64,000 bases of DNA from a virus. The DNA lies in IMG/VR virus record IMGVR_UViG_3300025000_000005, positions 26,779-90,778 of that record; one strand, given 5' to 3'. A model generated the notes under the pieces. The model had not been told where the DNA came from and made no database searches. It saw nothing but the letters and a program-made list of their open reading frames with translations. Below, piece by piece: positions 20,726-28,745 of this stretch. The first letter of the stretch is position 1. Each line of letters opens with the position of its first letter. The position numbers were made by a program, and so were the translations under genes.

Positions 20726-21144
20726 TTTAGCCTGTACGCCAGTATGGTTTCGGCCTTGCCTTCTCCAATAATTCCGAATTGCTCCAACGTTTGCAGTGCC
20801 TCGACTGTCGCCGGGTCCTTCAAATCCACCTCTTTATCCTTGACCGATTCGAGTCGCCGCGTGATGGTTCTGAGAATCTTTTTCTGGTCGGCCGTCAAGT
20901 CGGCATTCTCCTCAAAATTGTCGAAAGCAACCTCCTCTTCCAGCGTAAAGAGCGTCCGCAATTTCCAATGGCTGATAAACACGGATACAGGTTCCGGTTC
21001 TGTGTAATCGTCAAGGGGCAGCGCGCCTGAATATTCGGCGACGATAAAATTACCATGCGGGGTCGCATTTCTGAATTTCGAGACATCGTCAGGGTAGGCC
21101 ACGATGCCGTTATTTATTACTATCGGGAATTGTACTATTCTCAT
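20722..21144 (-). CDS. Tail-fibre-associated/chaperone-like protein
   Basis: LFTLEEE...VDLKDP..EALQTL..GII..KAETIL pattern typical of small fibre-associated proteins; position in fibre cluster. Confidence 0.6.
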   Translation of the reverse strand: MRIVQFPIVINNGIVAYPDDVSKFRNATPHGNFIVAEYSGALPLDDYTEPEPVSVFISHWKLRTLFTLEEEVAFDNFEENADLTADQKKILRTITRRLESVKDKEVDLKDPATVEALQTLEQFGIIGEGKAETILAYRLN

Positions 21145-21157
21145 TTATATCTCCAAT

Positions 21158-22030
21158 TTATGCCGACGCTTCCGGCAACCCAAGTATGTCGGCAATGTCG
21201 TTTAACCACCTGTCGAAGTCTACTCGTTCGAAATATCTCGGTCCATATGGGGTTGAGACCGCTGAATCCGCGAACCCAACGCTTGTGGCAACATAGCTGT
21301 CCCATAGAATGCAGCATGCATATTGATTATATACGCCGAACCCATTCCCGTCCGTGCTACCATAAAACAGAATTTCGCCTACTCCACCGCCACGATAAAC
21401 AGACACCAGGAACGCCGCTCCGGTATAGAGGGGTCCCGTCCTAATCATCGTCATGCCGTCAGCCGTACGATAACCAGGGTGATGTGGAGTTATGCCACCG
21501 AGAGTAATCCCGACAGGACCCGATACGATTGACCCGTCTGATGACGAAATGACATAGCTGTCGTTATCGTCGCAAATCGTGAAATCTCCAGATCCGTGCG
21601 CCGCTCTCTCGATAAAACCGCCCTGATCTCCGCGGGATAGATTGACATCCGCCTGGAAAGAACCGATGGATGTAATGGTTCCGGTTAGGTCGTCAAGCTT
21701 TGCGACATAAACCCTATCAGGAGTTGCCCCTGTATCGATGGCAAACACCCACAACGCCTCGTCTACGTTGTCATACCAGATGAGCCCTCCCCATTTGTCA
21801 CATGCCGCATTGACATAGGTGCATGCCCTGGTCCAAACCACGTTTCCAGCCGAGTCATAACGCTCTACCGAACCTGTTCCATTTGTCGGCAGGCGAATCA
21901 TACTGCCGTCATTCGCTATGGTCGGGAGCCAATTCGCATAGGTTAACGCATCTGCCCCACAATAAAATTTTCTATGAATGGTCATTGGAGGTCTTAGGCC
22001 ACCGACCTCGCCTTCAAATCCTCTAATCAT
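21158..22030 (-). CDS. Putative receptor-binding/fibre protein
   Basis: 290-aa beta-rich ORF in the fibre cluster. Confidence 0.55.
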   Translation of the reverse strand: MIRGFEGEVGGLRPPMTIHRKFYCGADALTYANWLPTIANDGSMIRLPTNGTGSVERYDSAGNVVWTRACTYVNAACDKWGGLIWYDNVDEALWVFAIDTGATPDRVYVAKLDDLTGTITSIGSFQADVNLSRGDQGGFIERAAHGSGDFTICDDNDSYVISSSDGSIVSGPVGITLGGITPHHPGYRTADGMTMIRTGPLYTGAAFLVSVYRGGGVGEILFYGSTDGNGFGVYNQYACCILWDSYVATSVGFADSAVSTPYGPRYFERVDFDRWLNDIADILGLPEASA

Positions 22031-22353
22031 GATACCTCCAAGCCCATTAACGCGAACGCTATCATGTCGGCAGCACCGGATTTTACGCGAATGGTTTGGC
22101 CCGCACTCAGCGTAACGCTGATCTGTTGAGGTGCGCCTCCGACACGGTTGAGACCGTAGGCCACCAGGGGGAGATTACCCGATACGCCGGTAACGCCAGT
22201 GAGATAAACCCCGTATGGGTGGTATTCGCTATCAATGTTGCAGACATTTATTACAGCGGCCGGCACCGAGGTATTAGCGGGGCATTCGTACAGCTCTACC
22301 TCGTCGGTCGAATCCGGGATCAACCCGGCAATGGCTTTATATGTGTCCGTCAT
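22027..22353 (-). CDS. Small fibre-associated structural protein
   Basis: LYECPANTS..INVCN..LSAGQTIRV motif, coupled to neighbours. Confidence 0.6.
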   Translation of the reverse strand: MTDTYKAIAGLIPDSTDEVELYECPANTSVPAAVINVCNIDSEYHPYGVYLTGVTGVSGNLPLVAYGLNRVGGAPQQISVTLSAGQTIRVKSGAADMIAFALMGLEVS

Positions 22354-22364
22354 GCTTTGGCCCC

Positions 22365-23030
22365 CTATATCATTATTGCGTAGTGATATGCGCGTGTTGC
22401 TATAGCCGTTACGTCATGGATTGATGCCGTTACAACCAACTCGCTAATTGTGAATGTGAGGTTTTCGGCCTGCCCAATGGCCGTCATTACATCGACCCAT
22501 TTCTCCATGGTTGTGGACCCGGCACCAGGGGGGATAAAATCCGCCTCATCAGCGAAGGATATCCCGTAAAGGACTTCCCCGACATCCGGATCTTGTGCAA
22601 AAATACCGAATTCTGACAGCCGAAACCCAGTGAAGACGTCCCTGTTAGAGAATCGGAACCGTATTCTTGCGACCCCTCCGCCTGGGGCATAGAGTGACGA
22701 TATAGGGGCGTAATATTTTAAATCAAATAATTCGGTCAGACTGTCATAGGTTGGTGTCCCGGCAAACAGATCCCACTTAATATCCGTTTCATCCGGTTCC
22801 GGCAGCTCCGAAGTATGCGCCACGGTGCATACCAGCGTCTCTGCGCCAGAATCCACGTCAACGACATCGCCAACCGCATAATCGACACCCGCCGCCCATA
22901 CAGCCCCGTTATCGATAGGCAGTTTTCCGGCTCCAAGGCCGACCCTCGTGTATTCGAGAGTGGTCCCGGTTTGTGCCTTCGCCAGTAGGTCAGCCCCGAG
23001 GGATGTTAATCTTATGCCAGGGAATTGCAT
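22365..23030 (-). CDS. Tail-fibre baseplate-anchor (tail-collar type) protein with carbohydrate-binding insert
   Basis: LTSLGADLLAKA..TRVGLGAG..GFRLSEFGIFAQDPDVGEVLY, plus a CBM5/12-like insert WAAGVDYAVGDVV. Confidence 0.75.
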   Translation of the reverse strand: MQFPGIRLTSLGADLLAKAQTGTTLEYTRVGLGAGKLPIDNGAVWAAGVDYAVGDVVDVDSGAETLVCTVAHTSELPEPDETDIKWDLFAGTPTYDSLTELFDLKYYAPISSLYAPGGGVARIRFRFSNRDVFTGFRLSEFGIFAQDPDVGEVLYGISFADEADFIPPGAGSTTMEKWVDVMTAIGQAENLTFTISELVVTASIHDVTAIATRAYHYAIMI

Positions 23031-23042
23031 ATTTGCACCATG

Positions 23043-23726
23043 TTAAAACGTAAATGGAAGTGTGTAAGGGAACCCACCATCGAGAACGCCAATTTCAATG
23101 ACGTCACCGTCCCGGACGAAGGACACAAAGTTAATCGGTAAATCGACCTCTGAAAAAATCTTCACCCCGTCAAAAACGATATGCGCGGGCCTCACGCGCA
23201 ACATCTCATCCCAAACCTGAGTTACGAAATTTTCTATTGTAATGCCAAGGGTTGAGAGTGTGGATAGACCTATATCTACGGACCCGTGGCAAGTCAGAAA
23301 ATAGTCCTCGATATTTTTACCGACTAACGATAGTTGGGTTTGACCAACGAACTCTGTGCCATAAGGCGTATCCCTCGGAGCATATAGCGGCGTCCATGTC
23401 ACTCCAGTAGTCCAGAATTTTCGGAGCAACGTCGATTCGATCATGAGCTGAGTATCTTTGAACTCTATGGCAATTCTGCGCCACTCAATAGCGATCCGCT
23501 TATCTTCTGCACCTGACAGGTTGTCGTCTGCGCACAGGTCTTTTAGATCCCGCAATCGCCTTAACAGCACTTCATCAGATGCCGTATAGATAGATTTTGC
23601 ATTATCCGAATCGGCAACATGGGGGTCGACCTCTTCTTCCCAAATGGCCTCTATGGATTCGGCGAGATCGACCCATCTGGCTATCTGCTGCTTCGCATAT
23701 GTAAGCCTTTCCGACAGCCACCCCAT
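23043..23726 (-). CDS. 16: Baseplate protein gp16 homologue (copy 1)
   Basis: WLSERLTYAKQ..WTPLYAP..YFLTCHG..RPAHIVFDG, as in recalled P1 gp16. Follows bplA. Confidence 0.85.
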   Translation of the reverse strand: MGWLSERLTYAKQQIARWVDLAESIEAIWEEEVDPHVADSDNAKSIYTASDEVLLRRLRDLKDLCADDNLSGAEDKRIAIEWRRIAIEFKDTQLMIESTLLRKFWTTGVTWTPLYAPRDTPYGTEFVGQTQLSLVGKNIEDYFLTCHGSVDIGLSTLSTLGITIENFVTQVWDEMLRVRPAHIVFDGVKIFSEVDLPINFVSFVRDGDVIEIGVLDGGFPYTLPFTF

Positions 23727-25135
23727 CAGTACGATACCTCCAGGGTGATGTGGTCGGTATCTGTGGCGTAAAACTCGTTTAAAACGCCTGTCGGATCTCC
23801 GGATTTCGTAACTGTGAAATACTCTCCGGTATCTGAAAAGAGATTAAGCGCCTGTACGATCGCATAGCATTCGTGAAGGATGAACTCTTTGCCGAGAGAG
23901 GCAGAAGTGGCGCCATAATTTGCAAGGAGAGCGGTCCGTATCGCAAAATTTACCGCATCTATATTCCGGGCCCTGGAGACTTTCCCGGAAACGGTTATGG
24001 TGTAAAGGGTTACGACCGGATCAACCCACTCGAAGGTCCGATTCAGCCGCGGTTCAGCCTCAAGGGCGGCGATGACATCGACTTCGACTGTAGACATGTC
24101 TTCCGCATAAGCTGATATAAAGATCTTGTTGACGAAATCAAGGCTACTAACACCGCCATTGGCGAGTGTCGCTTCCTGCTCACCCCATGCCCGAGCCCAG
24201 AAGACGTTTGGGAAGCGTTTTTTTATGAAAAACTCGTAATCCTCTTTCCATACGAGCCGGCCATTATAGATCGGCCAGTACTGCAAATTCCGCCGAATCG
24301 ACTCATAGCCCTCCATGTCGGTCCCGCCGATAACCGGCGTCACTGTCGTTACCTTGACATTGGCAGGCTCACCAGCAGAATCAAGGACCTCGCCAACGAT
24401 GCTTAAGGACTGCCCTGAGTTAAGCGTGGTCTCCCCGTTGGTAATGGACAGGATAATTTTTATCGTGCTGCCAAGCGGCGGAATGAGCCCAAAAACACCG
24501 TTTCCAAATCTGATGCCGGTCTGAGCCGTATGCGCGTAAAACTCGTCGTAAACATGAGCCGTTGCGCTCACGTTTTGAAACCGAGAAGAAAAGGTCCACG
24601 GCTCGAACCCAGCACCTTCTCCAAGATCCACCTGGACCGAAATGCCACATATTTTATCCGACAATTCCTGATCGAACAGAATCTCATAAAAGGCCATTTC
24701 TTCAGTAACGGGATAATCCGTTTCGGTAATCTCCAACTGCTTCAATTCGGCTGTTTCGGTGTCGCCAGGGGCAATTTCTATTGTCGGCACCAGGATATAA
24801 TCTTCCTGCGTATCTGAGAAAAAGGGTTGGTTTGCGAGAAGAACTACATTGGCAGTGCCGTTATTTTTGATATTTGCGGTCCCGACAGACGGGGCGGCCT
24901 TCGTCGGGATGTAATTTTCATCCTCAACGTGGGCAAGAATGCTCGATCTGCTAACAGCGGTTGAGCGAAAGTATTCCTGAAAAGATCTCTCTATTCGGTA
25001 AAGCGCCTGCCTGAGCGCCCATGAAACGAAAATAGCCAAATGCTGAACGAACTGCGAGTCTTTAAGCTGAGTCCATGACGCCTTGGCGCCCAAGATCTCT
25101 TTAAATTTCTCTATCGCCTCTTCTTTGCTGATCAT
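23726..25135 (-). CDS. bplA: Baseplate wedge BplA (gpJ-like)
   Basis: STAVSRSSILAH, GIRFGNGVFGLIPP, LVWKEDY, RAWGEQE; synteny pmgA-bplA-16. Confidence 0.88.
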   Translation of the reverse strand: MISKEEAIEKFKEILGAKASWTQLKDSQFVQHLAIFVSWALRQALYRIERSFQEYFRSTAVSRSSILAHVEDENYIPTKAAPSVGTANIKNNGTANVVLLANQPFFSDTQEDYILVPTIEIAPGDTETAELKQLEITETDYPVTEEMAFYEILFDQELSDKICGISVQVDLGEGAGFEPWTFSSRFQNVSATAHVYDEFYAHTAQTGIRFGNGVFGLIPPLGSTIKIILSITNGETTLNSGQSLSIVGEVLDSAGEPANVKVTTVTPVIGGTDMEGYESIRRNLQYWPIYNGRLVWKEDYEFFIKKRFPNVFWARAWGEQEATLANGGVSSLDFVNKIFISAYAEDMSTVEVDVIAALEAEPRLNRTFEWVDPVVTLYTITVSGKVSRARNIDAVNFAIRTALLANYGATSASLGKEFILHECYAIVQALNLFSDTGEYFTVTKSGDPTGVLNEFYATDTDHITLEVSY

Positions 25136-25482
25136 ACATACACCCGCATGTCAAAAATTCCATTAGCATGTTCGATAGTTATGTGCATCATGTCTATTTC
25201 GGAAAATTCTGCATAAACCCTTCCAACAACGAGGTCTTCAATGTCCTGAATTATTTTTTTCCGGATTGCCATACTGGCGATAATGCTCAGATTCGGGCTT
25301 GTCGGATCGTGTTTGTAAATGTTAAGCGGATGCCCCCAGGATGGATGATCCGCCACTGTGCCGGTGGGAGTGTTTAGCCACTCAAGGATGCGCTGATTCA
25401 TGGCATCGCTATCATCATGGGTTTTGATCCCCTCTGATGGAGATAGGCCTATCTCCCAGTTATATTCACGGATGACGCTCAT
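25132..25482 (-). CDS. pmgA: PmgA (gp25/GPW-like baseplate protein)
   Basis: RILEWLNTPTGTVADHPSWGHPL..YKHDP matches recalled PmgA. Confidence 0.88.
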   Translation of the reverse strand: MSVIREYNWEIGLSPSEGIKTHDDSDAMNQRILEWLNTPTGTVADHPSWGHPLNIYKHDPTSPNLSIIASMAIRKKIIQDIEDLVVGRVYAEFSEIDMMHITIEHANGIFDMRVYV

Positions 25483-25489
25483 GGGTAGC

Positions 25490-25550
25490 CTTTAAAGATT
25501 TATTGCTTTATAACTTTATTTCTTTATACATGCGGGCACGAAAAATGCAA
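25490..25550 (-). promoter_or_regulatory. Putative promoter with five 8-bp CTTTAWWW-type units
   Basis: Minus strand TTGCAT-16nt-TATAAA, with 8-bp units at 25490-25529. Nearly duplicated at 27645-27709. Confidence 0.55.
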
Positions 25551-25571
25551 CAGGAAAAATATAAGGAGACA

Positions 25572-25611
25572 AAGGCCATGCAGATTCTTGCCAATGAATC
25601 AGCATGGCCTT
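25572..25611 (-). terminator. Hairpin after the 113-aa gene
   Basis: AAGGCCATGC...GCATGGCCTT stem with inner GATTC/GAATC; weak U tract. Confidence 0.45.
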
Positions 25612-25620
25612 GACGGATCA

Positions 25621-25962
25621 TCACGGATCGCTCAAAGAGAAAGTCGCCGCGGTAAGCCGGTATATCCCGGCCGCGCCGTAGACCTCCGCCGTAACATCGT
25701 CTCGCGCGATGAGCGCACCACCGGTTAATGCGTTATAGTACCCAATATGGTTGACGGTCTGCCCAGCCGCGATGCTGAATTCCAAGGCTGGATCGCAATC
25801 GCCAACTCTCGACCCGCCTGACGCCGCCGCAAGCGTGATTGCTTGACGCGCCGCAAGCTCGGTACCTCCGGTTGACGGGTCCCCGTTGCAAGGAACGCAA
25901 TGGGTTATGCCGACCGCCGTTAACATATTGTTCTTACCAGTTACCGTAAAGCCCATCGTCAT
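25621..25962 (-). CDS. Small virion structural protein, paralogue of 7767-8111
   Basis: High amino-acid identity; the 3' 105 bp are 103/105 identical to 7788-7892. Confidence 0.7.
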   Translation of the reverse strand: MTMGFTVTGKNNMLTAVGITHCVPCNGDPSTGGTELAARQAITLAAASGGSRVGDCDPALEFSIAAGQTVNHIGYYNALTGGALIARDDVTAEVYGAAGIYRLTAATFSLSDP

Positions 25963-26001
25963 TTTGTCACCTCGTAATTAAAATGTTATTGGTTTTTCTA
26001 T

Positions 26002-27525
26002 CTAAAACGTAAAGGGGAAGGTGTATGTGAACCCTTCAAAGAACGGTTCCCCGGCAGCCGTCACAGACCCGGCAGCAACCACGGCCGTGGCCGCGCCCGC
26101 CACCTTCACGCCACTCGACGCTGTGGTGCCTATGCTCGATACGGCTGTTGGTGTGCTCTGCACCTTGGTCCCGTCCGTCACAACGGACGCGGCAGCGGTT
26201 ACACCGGTGACAGCCCATGCGACCTTCACTCCACTCGACGTGATACTGCCGATGCCAGAGATGGCCGTTAATACACCCAGGGCTTTTGCCCCAACCGTCG
26301 CAACGGACCCGGCCGCGGTCACGGCCGTGGTCGCTGCCGCAACCTTTGTCCAACTCGACGTGATACCACCTAAGCCAGAGACGGCTGTCGATGCGCTTCG
26401 AACCTTTGTCCAGGACGTTGACACGACTCCATCTGCGGTCACGGCAGTGGTAGCGCCCGCCACTTTTACCCCGATCGACACGATGGTGCCGATGTCAGAG
26501 ACGATTGTTGCGGCGCTCGGTGTTTTTGATCCGGTCGCAACCACGGACCCGGCAGAGACCACGGCCGTGGCCGCGCCCGCTACTTTCAGGTATGTCGTGT
26601 CTATTACCGATATAGCAGATACGGCTGCAACGCTCCCAACCACTTTCGCCCATGCCGAAGACAGGTTTCCTATAGCCGATACCTGCGATACACCGCTTCC
26701 AACCTCAAATTTAACGCCGGTTGATTCAACGATGCCGCTTGCGGATATCACACTTAATGCCAGTGCTGTTTTTGCCCCAGGCCCGGAAATAATACCCGTT
26801 GCGCCAATTGCTGTTTGATCCGATGAGAGCTTTTCGCCAAGGCATGAAACTATTCCTACGCCGACAACTATAGATTCGGGGAGAAGGCCGATTTCGATAA
26901 TATCCCCGTCACGGACGAATGAGACGAAGTTGATCGGCAGATCCACCTCAGACGAAATGGTAACCCCGTCAAAAACGATATGCGCGGGCCGAACACGCGA
27001 TATTTCTTCCCCCACCTGCGTAACAAAATCCTCTATCGTTACGCCCATTTCCGCAAGTGTCGAAAGACCTATATCTACGGACCCGTGGCAAGTCAGAAAA
27101 TAGTCCGAAACGTTACCGCCAACGGATTCAAGCTGATTTTTGCCAATGAACTCCGCCCCGTAAGGCCTGCCTTTAGGCGCATATAGTGGGGTCCATGCAA
27201 CCCCCGCTGTCCAGAATTTTCGGAGAAGCGTCGAATCGATCATATATCGAGCGTCTTTGAACTCAATAGCAATTCTGCGCCACTCAATAGCGATCCGTTT
27301 ATCCTCGGCGCCAGAGAGGTTATCCTCGGCGCACAGGTCCCGCAACTCGGTCAACCTTAGAGCGAGAACCTCATCCGAAGCGGTATAGATCGACTTCGAG
27401 TTATCGGCAGCATCAAGATAGGGGTCAACCTCCTCTTCCCAAATCGCCTCCAAAGATTCTGCTATATCTACCCACTTGACAATCTGCTGTTTGGCGTACG
27501 TGAGCCTGTCGGAGAGCCACCCCAT
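26002..27525 (-). CDS. Second gp16 homologue with inserted 20-aa repeat stalk
   Basis: First ~213 aa strongly similar to 23043-23726, then ~285 aa of 20-aa repeats, then the same C-terminal GFxYTxPFTF. Confidence 0.8.
   Translation of the reverse strand: MGWLSDRLTYAKQQIVKWVDIAESLEAIWEEEVDPYLDAADNSKSIYTASDEVLALRLTELRDLCAEDNLSGAEDKRIAIEWRRIAIEFKDARYMIDSTLLRKFWTAGVAWTPLYAPKGRPYGAEFIGKNQLESVGGNVSDYFLTCHGSVDIGLSTLAEMGVTIEDFVTQVGEEISRVRPAHIVFDGVTISSEVDLPINFVSFVRDGDIIEIGLLPESIVVGVGIVSCLGEKLSSDQTAIGATGIISGPGAKTALALSVISASGIVESTGVKFEVGSGVSQVSAIGNLSSAWAKVVGSVAAVSAISVIDTTYLKVAGAATAVVSAGSVVATGSKTPSAATIVSDIGTIVSIGVKVAGATTAVTADGVVSTSWTKVRSASTAVSGLGGITSSWTKVAAATTAVTAAGSVATVGAKALGVLTAISGIGSITSSGVKVAWAVTGVTAAASVVTDGTKVQSTPTAVSSIGTTASSGVKVAGAATAVVAAGSVTAAGEPFFEGFTYTFPFTF
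26060..26640. repeat. Degenerate 60-bp coding tandem repeat with 120-bp alternation
   Basis: Units such as ACGGCCGTGGCCGCGCCCGC and CACTCGACG recur at 60/120-bp spacing. Confidence 0.75.
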
Positions 27526-27634
27526 CAGTACGAAGCCCCCAGGGTGATGTGACTATGATAGGCTTGGTTGTTCGGCCCCGAAAGGATGCACCAGTTCATC
27601 GCGTCACCATATTGTATTCACGAATCGCGCTCAT
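27525..27634 (-). pseudogene. Deletion scar of a duplicated pmgA-bplA pair
   Basis: ATG 27634 gives MSAIREYN (PmgA starts MSVIREYN). The end reads HITLGASY*, overlapping the gp16-copy ATG (BplA ends HITLEVSY*). Confidence 0.75.
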
Positions 27635-27644
27635 AGGGGGCAGC

Positions 27645-27709
27645 CTTTATAGGTTTATTTATTTCTTTAAAACTTTATTTCTTTATACATGCGGGCACGA
27701 AAAATGCAA
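27645..27709 (-). promoter_or_regulatory. Duplicate of the pmgA promoter region
   Basis: AACTTTATTTCTTTATACATGCGGGCACGAAAAATGCAA is identical to 25512-25550. Confidence 0.7.
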
Positions 27710-27734
27710 GCGGTTTTGGTATGAACGGATATTG

Positions 27735-28202
27735 TTACGGTTTTTGGCTCGGCAGGGTTTCTATGTCGGCGGCGATCATTACCGCGACAGTTTCGGCCTT
27801 TAAAATTCTCAGGCCAACAAGCTCATCAGCGCCGCCCGGAAGCAATATGAGGTCATAAAGTGGGGATAAAAAATTCCCGTAAACATTGTCCGTGAAAAGG
27901 GCATCGTCCGTGGTGGCAAATCCTTTGGCGAGGGTCTTATCGAGGCTATAACCGGCAGCATAAAAGCCCTTGCCGATATCGACAACGGCACGAAGGAGGC
28001 ACTTCACATCGTGGAGACGGTCGCAATTGTTAAGCGTTTCGATCATATGCTCAAGGTCTATGTGCTCTAAAAGCGACGTCAGGGTCTTTGGATTTGGAAC
28101 GGCAGCCCGTGGCGGTCGCCCGGGTATCCGAAAGGGAAGAATGTCCTCATGGATATAGCACATCAGGGCCGAAAACAGCACCCACGCGAATAGGGTTTTC
28201 AT
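27735..28202 (-). CDS. Exported protein, paralogue of 28199-28675
   Basis: Hydrophobic N-terminus; shared HID.E, KGFxAAGYxxDxTxAxG, xxVYGxxxxP motifs. Confidence 0.7.
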   Translation of the reverse strand: MKTLFAWVLFSALMCYIHEDILPFRIPGRPPRAAVPNPKTLTSLLEHIDLEHMIETLNNCDRLHDVKCLLRAVVDIGKGFYAAGYSLDKTLAKGFATTDDALFTDNVYGNFLSPLYDLILLPGGADELVGLRILKAETVAVMIAADIETLPSQKP

Positions 28203-28675
28203 CTGTTTGATGCCCTCCGCCTGGATTCTTCTGCCTTGATGTCGGAATTTGTTTTTTGGATCACGGCGATGGTCCCGTAGCTTAGAACGCCGTCTTTTTT
28301 TAATGCGGCCACGCCCTCTTTTGTCGCCATAAGTGCGTGAACGGGCAAAAACATGTCCCCGTAAACCTTGTTCATGTAGATCATATTTTCTACGGATGAC
28401 ATCCCTTCTGCGACCGTTAGATCGAAGTCGTAGCCAGCGGCCGAGAACCCCTTAGAAATTTCACGCAAAAACCTTACCATCCCATCAACCGATTGATTGC
28501 TTACCGCTACGATTGCCTCAAGCCTTTCGAAATCGATATTGTGGAAGATCTCCATGACTGCACGCTTGTCGTTGTGCGGTACCGGCTTAGGCTCTCCCCA
28601 CGAGAAGGCGGACGATGAACAAACAAAAATTGCAAGAAAACACAATACGGCGACGGAATGGCGGGCGATTTTCAT
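28199..28675 (-). CDS. Exported (Sec signal) protein, paralogue of 27735-28202
   Basis: MKIARHSVAVLCFLAIFVCSSSAFS signal peptide; shared motifs. Confidence 0.72.
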   Translation of the reverse strand: MKIARHSVAVLCFLAIFVCSSSAFSWGEPKPVPHNDKRAVMEIFHNIDFERLEAIVAVSNQSVDGMVRFLREISKGFSAAGYDFDLTVAEGMSSVENMIYMNKVYGDMFLPVHALMATKEGVAALKKDGVLSYGTIAVIQKTNSDIKAEESRRRASNR

Positions 28676-28745
28676 TTCTCATATCCTTTCTTTTCGGTTT
28701 TTCGGAAGAGACGATGAGGCAATTTATCAAGTGGAAAAAGAAAAG

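Noticed and set aside
18578-23030. Cin-type invertible tail-fibre cassette
   Set aside because: No invertase, no inverted fibre copy, no flanking inverted repeats seen.
26060-26640. 60-bp periodic repeats as a CRISPR array or DGR template
   Set aside because: In-frame coding repeats without unique spacers, and no reverse transcriptase in the window.
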